IMG/VR virus record: IMGVR_UViG_3300045988_133192
Origin: a virus
Length of the DNA: 59,337 bases
Strand: one strand, 5' to 3'
Position numbers and translations under genes: made by a program. Positions 8,093-16,374 of this stretch are shown here, piece after piece (positions within the stretch are counted from its first letter, which is position 1; every line of letters begins with the position of its first letter). The notes under the pieces are model-generated. The model did no database searches and was not told the DNA's origin. It saw only the letters and a list, made by a program, of their open reading frames with translations.

Positions 8093-8941
8093 ATGAGCAT
8101 CGAATCCGCATTGAACCAGGTCGTGCAGCAGGCGCAGGCCGCCCAGAGTGTCGCCCCGGACGACTACAAAGACCCCAAAACTGGGCTTTTGATGTGCGGC
8201 AAGTGCCATACCCCGAAGCAGTACCATTTCCACAACGCCGCCTTTGATCTGGGCCTTGTCCCGGTGATGTGCGACTGCCAACGGGCAGCCCACGACGCCG
8301 AACAGCAGAAACGTCGGGAATCCGAGCGGGAAATGCTCACAGCACGGCGCAAAGCGGCCTGTTTTGGAGCCAACGACCGAAAGGCAGCATACACCTTTGA
8401 CACCGACGACCGCGCAAACACAGCGGCCACCAACGCGGCGCAGGGCTATGTCCGACACTTCACCGAAATGCAGGAAAAGGGGCGCGGCTTGTTTTTCATC
8501 GGGCCGTGCGGCACTGGCAAAACCTTTTTGGCCTGCTGCATCGCAAACGCTCTGCTGGATAAAGGCTACACCGTCAAGGTGTCCACCTTTGCCGACATCG
8601 CCAATCGCCTGCAAGGGACGTTCGACAAAGAATCCATCTACGACGACCTGAACGCCGTTGACCTGCTGATTCTGGACGACCTCAACGCCGAGCGCGACAC
8701 CTCTTTCATGCAGGAGATCGTGTTCACGGTCATTGACAACCGCTGCGCCGCTCAAAAGCCCCTGATCGTCACGTCCAACATCACACCGTCCGAATTTGCA
8801 AACCCCGACACCATCGAACGCCGCCGCGTTTTCAGCCGCCTGCAAGAAGTCTGCATCCCGGTGGAAGTCAACGGCAAAGACCGCCGCCGCGAAGCCATGA
8901 TGAAAAGCTGCCGCGACGATCTCGCTTTCCTCAACACATAA
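8093..8941 (+). CDS. DnaC/IstB-like AAA+ helicase loader
   Basis: Walker A GPCGTGKTF, Walker B LLILDDLNAER. Confidence 0.9.
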   Translation: MSIESALNQVVQQAQAAQSVAPDDYKDPKTGLLMCGKCHTPKQYHFHNAAFDLGLVPVMCDCQRAAHDAEQQKRRESEREMLTARRKAACFGANDRKAAYTFDTDDRANTAATNAAQGYVRHFTEMQEKGRGLFFIGPCGTGKTFLACCIANALLDKGYTVKVSTFADIANRLQGTFDKESIYDDLNAVDLLILDDLNAERDTSFMQEIVFTVIDNRCAAQKPLIVTSNITPSEFANPDTIERRRVFSRLQEVCIPVEVNGKDRRREAMMKSCRDDLAFLNT

Positions 8942-8953
8942 AGGAGAATCCGT

Positions 8954-9139
8954 ATGAAGTACGATATTGAACTCCGCATATTCAGCAAGGAAGACCGCCG
9001 CACCATCGCGGCCATCCTGTCAGACAACGGCTATGACGTCGGCCAGCACACCAAAAAGGCCGGCAAAACTGGCCGTTCGACCGTCTATTGCATCCACGCA
9101 ACGGACACGAAAAAGGAGGACACCCCCAATGAAGTATAA
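8954..9139 (+). CDS. hypothetical protein (61 aa)
   Basis: AAGGAG RBS; coding-like composition. Confidence 0.6.
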   Translation: MKYDIELRIFSKEDRRTIAAILSDNGYDVGQHTKKAGKTGRSTVYCIHATDTKKEDTPNEV

Positions 9140-9431
9140 GCCCCTGACCGCCACGGTTGACGCCTACCAGCTCACCAAAGACTACGCCACCGATTCCCCG
9201 AAATGGGTGCGTGACCGCATCGGCACCCGCCTGTTCGAGAATACCACCATCCGGGACGGCGCAGTCCGCTTTGATGGTCTGACGTCCATCATCCAGAACC
9301 GCAAGCTGCGCGAACGCATGACCGCCCGCCCCGGTGACTACCTCGTTCGGATGCAGGACGGCAACGTGGCAGTCTACACGAAGCGCAACTTTGAAGCCCT
9401 CTACGCCCCGGCAGAGGGACAGCAGGCATGA
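9129..9431 (+). CDS. hypothetical protein (100 aa)
   Basis: ATG at 9129 after an AAGGAGG RBS; internal start of ORF 8967-9431. Confidence 0.6.
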   Translation: MKYKPLTATVDAYQLTKDYATDSPKWVRDRIGTRLFENTTIRDGAVRFDGLTSIIQNRKLRERMTARPGDYLVRMQDGNVAVYTKRNFEALYAPAEGQQA

Positions 9432-9847
9432 TTATTGCTTTCGCTGTCCCCGGAGAGCCGAAAGGCAAGGCCCGCCCGCGCACCGTCCAAATCGCGGGCC
9501 ATGCCAGCACCTACACCCCAAAGGAAACGGTCATGTATGAAAATCTGGTGCGGCTCTATTACCAGCAGGCCGCCAGAGGATTGCGGCTTTCCGGCCCCAT
9601 ACAGGCCGAAATCGTCAGCTATTCATCCGTCCCGAAATCCACCTCAAAAAAGAAAAGAGCCTTGATGCTTGACATCAAGACCCTTTGCCAGAAGAAGCCA
9701 GACGTTGATAATCTGGCGAAAATCGTTTTGGACTCTCTGAATAAAATCGCCTACGACGACGATGCGCAGGTCTGCCGCCTGCTGGTCGAAAAGCGATACG
9801 GGGAGACCCCTCAAGTGCTTGTCAGATTGAGCGAGCTGGAACCATGA
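9428..9847 (+). CDS. rusA: RusA-family Holliday junction resolvase
   Basis: GEPKGKARPR and DVDNLAKIVLDSLNKIAYDDDAQV motifs. Confidence 0.9.
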   Translation: MIIAFAVPGEPKGKARPRTVQIAGHASTYTPKETVMYENLVRLYYQQAARGLRLSGPIQAEIVSYSSVPKSTSKKKRALMLDIKTLCQKKPDVDNLAKIVLDSLNKIAYDDDAQVCRLLVEKRYGETPQVLVRLSELEP

Positions 9848-10007
9848 AGATTTTATACTACATCTTAGCATTTGCCATGGGCTATTTTTTTCCGCAAATA
9901 CGGGCAAGCCCACAAAAAGCACGACGAGCTGGACAGCCATGCAGAAGAGCTTATCCGGCGTGAACAGGAAGCCGAAACTTTCGGCGATCTTTGAAAGGAG
10001 CATCACA

Positions 10008-10496
10008 ATGGCCATCACCAACTATGAAGAAATGTCCATCACGTCCCCGGCCTTTAACACAGTCCGCGAAGCCTTTGACGTGGCCTTGCAGCGGCTTTTG
10101 AAGAAGATGGAGAAGTCCAAAATGGACGAGGGCCAGATTGCCTTGAACATCACCGTCACCAACGAGGACGTCTTTACCGATGGCGATGCAGAGCTGGGCG
10201 ACACCGACGGCCCGGAGAAGAAGCCTGTCCTGAAGTACAAGATCACGACCACCGTGCCCATAAAGGACACCGACGACGGCAAGGCCGATACCGGCATGGC
10301 CCTTGTCTGGGACAAAGACCTTGGCCGCTATGTGCTGGTCTATATGCAGACCAACCAGACCTCTATGTACGACAACCCGCCCGCAGGCGGTCCCCAGCAG
10401 ACCACCATGAACCCCGCGCAGCAGATCGGGCAGGGGAGCGGCGCACTGATCGACATCCACACTTTCAGGCCGGACGACGACGGCGACGACGAATAA
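10008..10496 (+). CDS. hypothetical acidic protein
   Basis: ATG at 10008 after an AAAGGAG RBS; C-terminal DDDGDDE tail. Confidence 0.6.
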   Translation: MAITNYEEMSITSPAFNTVREAFDVALQRLLKKMEKSKMDEGQIALNITVTNEDVFTDGDAELGDTDGPEKKPVLKYKITTTVPIKDTDDGKADTGMALVWDKDLGRYVLVYMQTNQTSMYDNPPAGGPQQTTMNPAQQIGQGSGALIDIHTFRPDDDGDDE

Positions 10497-10607
10497 CCCC
10501 CATCGGGCAGCTTTTGGGCATAAAAAGAGCCGCCCACCCTCAAACCTCAAATGGCCTAAGAATGAACGGCGCCGGACAACCGTTATTATACCATTTGAGC
10601 GGAGGAA

Positions 10608-11078
10608 ATGCAAGTGCAGCAGTCAGCGAAAGATCGGCTTTCCGAATACCTGCCGATGGCAATGGAAAATAAAAATCGGCTTGCCCGCTTGAATGATATG
10701 CGGGACGCCGCCGGGGGCCTGACAGGTATACCCGAAAGCGACGGCAGCGCACACACGGCCGGGAACAGTCATAAGATGGAAGCCGCGGTCGAACGCTACC
10801 TCGAATACGAAAAGAAGATTCAGCCGCTTTTGAAAGCCAACGCCGACAAGATGGCCAAGCTGGAAAGCATGGTCGATTCCATCCCCGACGGCTTACAGCG
10901 CGAAGTCCTGCGCCTGCGGTACATGGACGCCGAAAGTGAGGACACCTGCCGGCCGAAAAAATGGAACGCCGTTGCCCTCACGCTTTACGGCAGCGACGAC
11001 CGAAAATACATCGAAGCTGTCCACCGCATCCACAAAAAAGCCATTTTGACCCTAGAAAACACAGAAAATGTACCATAA
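10608..11078 (+). CDS. sigma-70 region-4-like late transcription regulator (RinA/ArpU/DUF1492-like)
   Basis: REVLRLRYMDAE...WNAVALTLYGSDDRKYIEAVHRIHKKAI resembles phage late activators. Last gene before the late region. The start could instead be the GTG at 10614. Confidence 0.6.
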   Translation: MQVQQSAKDRLSEYLPMAMENKNRLARLNDMRDAAGGLTGIPESDGSAHTAGNSHKMEAAVERYLEYEKKIQPLLKANADKMAKLESMVDSIPDGLQREVLRLRYMDAESEDTCRPKKWNAVALTLYGSDDRKYIEAVHRIHKKAILTLENTENVP

Positions 11079-11105
11079 ATGAGTGTAAATGAGTATAAAT
11101 GAGGT
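11076..11105 (+). repeat. 3 x 10-bp tandem repeat TAAATGAG(T/G)(G/A/T)
   Basis: taaatgagtg taaatgagta taaatgaggt, starting in the stop codon of the sigma-like gene. Confidence 0.8.
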
Positions 11106-11320
11106 AGATTGCGCATACAAATCTGTGATACTATCACAATGCGAAAAGCGAAAGGGAGCTTCCGACACTCCCAGACGCCGGACGCAAAGAGAATAGCGCA
11201 CTCATTCTTTTCTCTGCCCTACCACCTGACCGCAGCAGCGGCCGGGTGGTTCTTTTTTGCGCAGAAATCGGGATGGGCCAGCGCAAAAGGGCAAAATAAA
11301 CCTGAAAGGAGGAAAGAACT

Positions 11321-11656
11321 GTGTACTACATCATTTGCAAACTGGACGTTCCCGGCTTCCATAACTGGCCGGACGCCCCGGCGGGCCTTGAATACCTGCG
11401 CAGCATCCACCGCCATATGTTCAATATTACCGCCAAGATTCCCGTTACCCACGACAACCGCGATCTGGAAATCATCCAGACACAGAACCGCATCCACCAT
11501 TTTCTGTCCGACCGTTTCGGCGACGAAAACGGCCACATGATGCTTGGCTCCATGTCCTGCGAAATGCTGGCGAAGCTGATCGCTGATACTTTCGGCTGCA
11601 CCGAAGTCACCGTGCAGGAAGATGGGCAGGGAGGTGGCGTCTATGTTAGGGAGTAA
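11321..11656 (+). CDS. queD: QueD/PTPS-fold protein (6-carboxy-tetrahydropterin synthase-like)
   Basis: GTG start 8 nt after GGAGG. HxH-type motif SIHRHMFNITAKI and C-terminal VQEDGQGGGVYVRE parallel E. coli QueD (HGHSFMV..., VKETCTAGCIYRGE). The catalytic Cys is not obvious. Confidence 0.6.
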   Translation: MYYIICKLDVPGFHNWPDAPAGLEYLRSIHRHMFNITAKIPVTHDNRDLEIIQTQNRIHHFLSDRFGDENGHMMLGSMSCEMLAKLIADTFGCTEVTVQEDGQGGGVYVRE

Positions 11657-12536
11657 CGTCAAAGTTCATTTTGCCGGAAGCGATGGCAGCAAGGAAAACT
11701 TTTGCGCCCTTGTTGCGGCAGATACCCGCTACCGCCTGTACAGCTGCTATAACTACATCGTCAACAAGAAGCCCGACGATGATTTCAGGCTGCCGGAAGA
11801 TGATATTATTCTGGAACAGCAGAAGCAGCAGAAACACGTCATTCAGGATTCGGGCCTGTTCACCCTGATGTTTGGTGCCAGCAAGGGCCAGCAGCAGACC
11901 ATCTCGACCCTGACCGAATGGCAGGACAAGCTCATTGCCTTTGTCAAGCAGAACCACATCACCGCATCCTGCGTCGAGATCGACTGTCAGAAAGTCCTTG
12001 GCCCGGAAGAAGCGTGGTATTTCCGTCAGCGCATGAGAGATCTTCTGCCCGAAAACAAGCAAATCAACGTCTTTCATTTTGAGGACGGCTTAAAAGGTCT
12101 TGACCGCCTGATCGAATTTGCCGATTACATCGCCGTCAGCGTCCCGGAATGGCGCATTGTAAAGCCCGCAACCCACAAGCAGGATATACGCTACATCACC
12201 CACTACATCAAAAACAAGAAGCCGGAGATCGACATCCATTTGCTTGGCTGCACCGACTTCAAAATCATCCGCGAGAACAATTTCTGCACATCGGCCGATA
12301 GCACGAGCTGGCTGTCCGGCGTGAAGTACGGATATTTCAACGATGGCATCAAAAAAGAACACATCCGCAATTTTAAGCGCAGCCTGTACAACGAGCGCGA
12401 AGCACAGGTAAAGGCTATGATGCTGGCCCGTGGCATCGAGCCAACAGGCAAAAAGCTGGTATATACCACAAACGCCAGCCTTTGCGCGACCATCTGCAAA
12501 GACCTGTATGCCCGCACCTGCGGCCCGCAGGACTGA
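11643..12536 (+). CDS. dpdA: DpdA-like DNA-guanine transglycosylase (7-deazaguanine insertion)
   Basis: TGT-superfamily Asp motifs IQDSGLFTLMFG and CTSADSTSWLSG. Overlaps the queD-like stop, and a preQ transporter gene follows. Confidence 0.75.
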   Translation: MLGSNVKVHFAGSDGSKENFCALVAADTRYRLYSCYNYIVNKKPDDDFRLPEDDIILEQQKQQKHVIQDSGLFTLMFGASKGQQQTISTLTEWQDKLIAFVKQNHITASCVEIDCQKVLGPEEAWYFRQRMRDLLPENKQINVFHFEDGLKGLDRLIEFADYIAVSVPEWRIVKPATHKQDIRYITHYIKNKKPEIDIHLLGCTDFKIIRENNFCTSADSTSWLSGVKYGYFNDGIKKEHIRNFKRSLYNEREAQVKAMMLARGIEPTGKKLVYTTNASLCATICKDLYARTCGPQD

Positions 12537-12554
12537 ACCAAAAGGAGAAGCACA

Positions 12555-13265
12555 ATGAAAAAAAACGACAAGAACTATTCCATCCTGCTGACCCTGTTCG
12601 TGATCTCCATCGTCATTGCGAACGTCGTCGGCAGCCGCACCATTACCACCGGCATCCACCTTGGCCCCATCACCCTGTCCACATCCGGCGGCGCGATCAC
12701 CTACGCTGTCACGTTCCTGTGTACCGACATCGTCGGCGAAATCTGGGGCCGCAAGAAAGCGCAGAGCATGGTTTTCTTTGGCTTTGTAGGCCAGATTTTC
12801 GCAACCATCGCAATTATCCTTACAGGCTGGTGCAGAGCAGTAGACCCTGTTATTGATGGCGCATACCAGACGCTTTTAGGCCAGAACTGGGTTTTCGTCA
12901 TCGGCAGCCTGTGCGCCTACTACGCATCCCAGAGCTGGGACGTCTTTGTGTTCCACAAAATCCGCGATGCCTACATCCGCAAGCACGGCGACGTCAAGGG
13001 CGGTCGCTGGATTTGGAACAACGGCTCCACCTGCACAAGCCAGATCATCGACACCGCCATTTACGCCTTTATCAGTTTTGGTCTGGGCCTTGGCTGGGCA
13101 TTTACCCCGGAGGGCCGCATGAACCTTATCGGCATGATGATCGGTCAGTATCTGCTTAAAGCCTGCCTTGCTCTGGCAGATACGCCGTTCTTCTATTTCT
13201 TCACCCGCCGGGAGGTAACAGAACATGGCAATGAATATCAGGAGAATGCAGCTTGCCGATCTTAA
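12555..13265 (+). CDS. yhhQ: YhhQ/VUT-family queuosine-precursor (preQ0/preQ1) transporter
   Basis: Polytopic membrane protein with ITYAVTFLCTDIVGEIWGRKKA and NNGSTCTSQIIDTAIY signatures. Confidence 0.85.
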   Translation: MKKNDKNYSILLTLFVISIVIANVVGSRTITTGIHLGPITLSTSGGAITYAVTFLCTDIVGEIWGRKKAQSMVFFGFVGQIFATIAIILTGWCRAVDPVIDGAYQTLLGQNWVFVIGSLCAYYASQSWDVFVFHKIRDAYIRKHGDVKGGRWIWNNGSTCTSQIIDTAIYAFISFGLGLGWAFTPEGRMNLIGMMIGQYLLKACLALADTPFFYFFTRREVTEHGNEYQENAACRS

Positions 13266-13842
13266 CCCGGCAGACTACAACCCCCGCAAAGACTTACAGC
13301 CGGACGACCCCACATACCTGAAGATCAAACAAAGCCTTGAAACCTTTGGCATGGTCGAGCCTATCATCTGGAACGAAAGAACCGGGCACATCGTGGGCGG
13401 CCACCAGAGAATCAAGGCCCTGCGCGATATGGGCGAAGCCGAAACCGACGTTGTCGTCATAAACGAACCCCTCAAAGAGGAAAAGAAGCTGAACGTCATC
13501 CTCAACCGCGCCAAAGGCCGCTGGGATAATGAAAAGCTGGCCCCCTTGATGCAGGAGCTTTCCGAACGCGGCGACGTTTCCCTCACAGGCTTTGAGGACT
13601 ACGAGCTGCAAGGACTGATTGACCAGTACCAAAACCGTCTGGCCGACATCCTCGATTATTCACCGCCTGAACCGCAGCCGGACAACGAGCAGGAAGAAGA
13701 AACCCCTGCCGACGCCACATTCTCAATGATCTTTTCCATCCCGGCACAGTACAAGGACGCCGTGGACGCATACCTCGAACAGGACGACGCCCGCGAAACC
13801 CTCGCCGCTGCCATCATGGAAAAAATCAGAGGGGAGGACTAA
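13225..13842 (+). CDS. stand-alone ParB N-terminal (ParB/Srx) domain protein, paralogue 1
   Basis: NPADYNPRKDL ... VGGHQRIKAL core with an acidic C-terminal half. Overlaps the yhhQ 3' end by 41 nt. Confidence 0.8.
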   Translation: MAMNIRRMQLADLNPADYNPRKDLQPDDPTYLKIKQSLETFGMVEPIIWNERTGHIVGGHQRIKALRDMGEAETDVVVINEPLKEEKKLNVILNRAKGRWDNEKLAPLMQELSERGDVSLTGFEDYELQGLIDQYQNRLADILDYSPPEPQPDNEQEEETPADATFSMIFSIPAQYKDAVDAYLEQDDARETLAAAIMEKIRGED

Positions 13843-13845
13843 CGC

Positions 13846-14424
13846 ATGGAATTTGAAGTAAAGCGCATCGCGGACATGAACCGCGCCGCCTATAACCCCC
13901 GCGTCGATCTCCAACCCGAAGATGAAGAATATCAGGCCATCGAGCGCAGCTTGAAGCGTCACGGTCTGGTACAGCCTATCGTTTGGAACCGCCGCACCAA
14001 TACCGTTGTTTCCGGCCACCAGCGTTTGACCGTCCTTGAAGCGCAGGGCGAAACCGAAGTCACCGTTTCCGTCGTCGATCTGGACGACATCCAGGAAAAA
14101 GAGCTGAACGTCGCCCTGAACAAAATCACCGGCGAATGGGACGACGATAAACTTTCCGTCATCCTCAACGAGCTGGGCGAAGAAGCGATCGACACTGGTT
14201 TCACACTCCCGGAAATCGACGTTTTGAGGGATGAACTCAAATCCTACTTTGACGACGTGACCGCACCCGACGAAGAAGAACCCACCGAGGAGCCGGAAGA
14301 ATCTTTCCTGCTTAGCCTGACCTTTGATGCAGCCGACGAAAAGCCCCTGAAAGCCTACATCAAGGAGCACAGCGAAGATGCTGTCGTGAGGATCATCGTC
14401 GATACCGTCACCGCGTCGGCATGA
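13846..14424 (+). CDS. stand-alone ParB N-terminal (ParB/Srx) domain protein, paralogue 2
   Basis: AAYNPRVDL ... VSGHQRLTVL. Colinear similarity to 13225-13842. Confidence 0.8.
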   Translation: MEFEVKRIADMNRAAYNPRVDLQPEDEEYQAIERSLKRHGLVQPIVWNRRTNTVVSGHQRLTVLEAQGETEVTVSVVDLDDIQEKELNVALNKITGEWDDDKLSVILNELGEEAIDTGFTLPEIDVLRDELKSYFDDVTAPDEEEPTEEPEESFLLSLTFDAADEKPLKAYIKEHSEDAVVRIIVDTVTASA

Positions 14425-14465
14425 CCGGGCTGTTTCTCCCTGCATGACCCTGTAAGGAGAATGCC

Positions 14466-14969
14466 ATGGAAAAACAGGTCAAAACAAAGGTCTGGGAGCA
14501 GCAGCCGAAAGAGAGTGACCCAGCCTATGCTGCGTTCTCCATCTACCGGGACATGGGCAAAAACCGCACCGTCGCGGCGGTGGTAAGGGAGTGCGGCAAG
14601 AATCGGAGCTTAATCGACCGCTGGCACAAGGGCCACAACTGGGCCGCCCGCTGTCGGGCCTACGATAACAGCATCGACGAAGAAGCCCGCAAAAAGGCCG
14701 CCGTAGAAGCGGCCAACATCCGCAAAACGCACCTGCAAATAGCTGCCCAGCTCCAACTAAAGGCACTGAACGCGCTGAACCTGTTGGCCCCGGAGGATAT
14801 GACGCCCCGCGACATCAAGGAAATGCTGAAGCTGGCCCTTGAAGTCGAAAACAACCTCGTACTGGAAAAGGCCCCGCAGGAGGACGCCACAGCCGCGCCC
14901 ACCCTGATGCAGACCATCGAAGAAGCCTATCAGCGCAGAATGGACGGTGAAACCCCACATGACGAGTGA
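14466..14969 (+). CDS. terS: terminase small subunit
   Basis: HTH-like N-terminus (NRTVAAVVRECGKNRSLIDRWHK) and helical C-terminus. Immediately upstream of and overlapping terL. Confidence 0.7.
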   Translation: MEKQVKTKVWEQQPKESDPAYAAFSIYRDMGKNRTVAAVVRECGKNRSLIDRWHKGHNWAARCRAYDNSIDEEARKKAAVEAANIRKTHLQIAAQLQLKALNALNLLAPEDMTPRDIKEMLKLALEVENNLVLEKAPQEDATAAPTLMQTIEEAYQRRMDGETPHDE

Positions 14970-16368
14970 CGCTGTTCTGTTCTACGCTGACCACCCGGTC
15001 GAGTTTGTCGAGGACGTCATAGGAGCAAAGCCGGACACGGAGCAGGCCAAAATCCTGCGAAGTCTTGCCGCCAACCCAATGACCGCCGTTCGGTCTGGAC
15101 ACGGCATCGGCAAGAGCGCGGTGCAGGCGTGGGCGATTATCTGGTTTATCTGCACCCGGCCCTATCCGAAAATCCCCTGCACAGCCCCCACACAGCACCA
15201 GCTGTATGACATCCTCTGGGCCGAGGTGTCAAAATGGCTGCGCAGCAACCCCGCATTGCAGCGGGAGATCATCTGGACACAGGAGCGCGTCTACATGGCC
15301 GGGGCAAAAGAAGAATGGTTTGCCGTTGCCCGAACGTCAAACACCCCGGACGCCCTGCAAGGCTTCCACTCCGAAAGCCTGCTGTTCATCATCGACGAAG
15401 CATCCGGCGTGGACGACAAGGTCTTTGAGCCTGTATTGGGCGCACTGTCCACAGAGGGAGCGCGGCTGCTGATGTGCGGAAACCCCACACAGCTGCAAGG
15501 CTTTTTCTATGATGCGTTCCATAAGAACCGGGCCGAATATCACACCATCCACGTTGACGACCGAAACAGCCCCCGCGTGTCGCAGGAGTATATAGACCGC
15601 ATCCGCACCATGTACGGCGAGGATTCCGACGTTTTCCGCGTCCGCGTCGCCGGGGATTTTCCGAAGTCTGAAAAGGACGTCTTTATCCCGCTGTCGATGG
15701 TCGAGAAGTCCATCAACACCGACTGGAAAGAGCCGGAAAAGCCGCTATCCGTGCATATCGGCTGCGATGTCGCCCGATTCGGCGATGATAAAACCGTCAT
15801 CGGCTACAAGATCGACGAGAAGATCTATTTCCACCAGAAGATACAGGGACAGGACACCGTGCGAACCGCGCATGAAATAGCCCTGCTGGGATGCAGGCTT
15901 GTTGACAAATACCACCTCGAAACCGCTATCCCGGTCAAAATCGACGACGGCGGCGTCGGCGGTGGCGTGACCGACAACCTGCGCCAGATAAAACGCTCTG
16001 ACCCTGACCGCTTCTGGTGGCTCTCCATTGTCCCGGTCAAGTTCGGCCAGATCATCCGGCACAAATACTACCACGACACGACCACCTACATGATGGCCGT
16101 TGTCAAAAAGCTACTCCAAACCATTGACGACGACGGCAACGAAAAGCCCGTCGAACTTATCCTGCCCGACGATGCAGACTTGGCCGCGCAGCTCTCCACC
16201 CGCAAGTATGGCGTCACGGAGAAAAGCAAGGTCAAAATCGAAAGCAAGAAGGACGTCAAAGCCCGCGGCCAACCGTCCCCCGACGAAGCCGACTGCGTCC
16301 TGCTGCTTTGCCTGCCTGTCAAGCCCTCAAAAGCTCACCCGCCAAAGGGAGCAGGAAGAAAGGAGTAA
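14959..16368 (+). CDS. terL: terminase large subunit
   Basis: ATPase Walker A-like GHGIGKS, Walker B LLFIIDEASGVDD, and a C-terminal nuclease region. Confidence 0.95.
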   Translation: MTSDAVLFYADHPVEFVEDVIGAKPDTEQAKILRSLAANPMTAVRSGHGIGKSAVQAWAIIWFICTRPYPKIPCTAPTQHQLYDILWAEVSKWLRSNPALQREIIWTQERVYMAGAKEEWFAVARTSNTPDALQGFHSESLLFIIDEASGVDDKVFEPVLGALSTEGARLLMCGNPTQLQGFFYDAFHKNRAEYHTIHVDDRNSPRVSQEYIDRIRTMYGEDSDVFRVRVAGDFPKSEKDVFIPLSMVEKSINTDWKEPEKPLSVHIGCDVARFGDDKTVIGYKIDEKIYFHQKIQGQDTVRTAHEIALLGCRLVDKYHLETAIPVKIDDGGVGGGVTDNLRQIKRSDPDRFWWLSIVPVKFGQIIRHKYYHDTTTYMMAVVKKLLQTIDDDGNEKPVELILPDDADLAAQLSTRKYGVTEKSKVKIESKKDVKARGQPSPDEADCVLLLCLPVKPSKAHPPKGAGRKE

Positions 16369-16374
16369 ACCCCA

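Noticed and set aside
11259-11320. Direct call of a preQ1-I riboswitch upstream of the queD-like gene
   Set aside because: A 5-bp stem plus an A-rich tail is present. However, the loop is 18 nt and I could not find the loop-tail pseudoknot or the conserved nucleotides of the preQ1-I or preQ1-II consensus. It is kept only as a question for a covariance-model scan.
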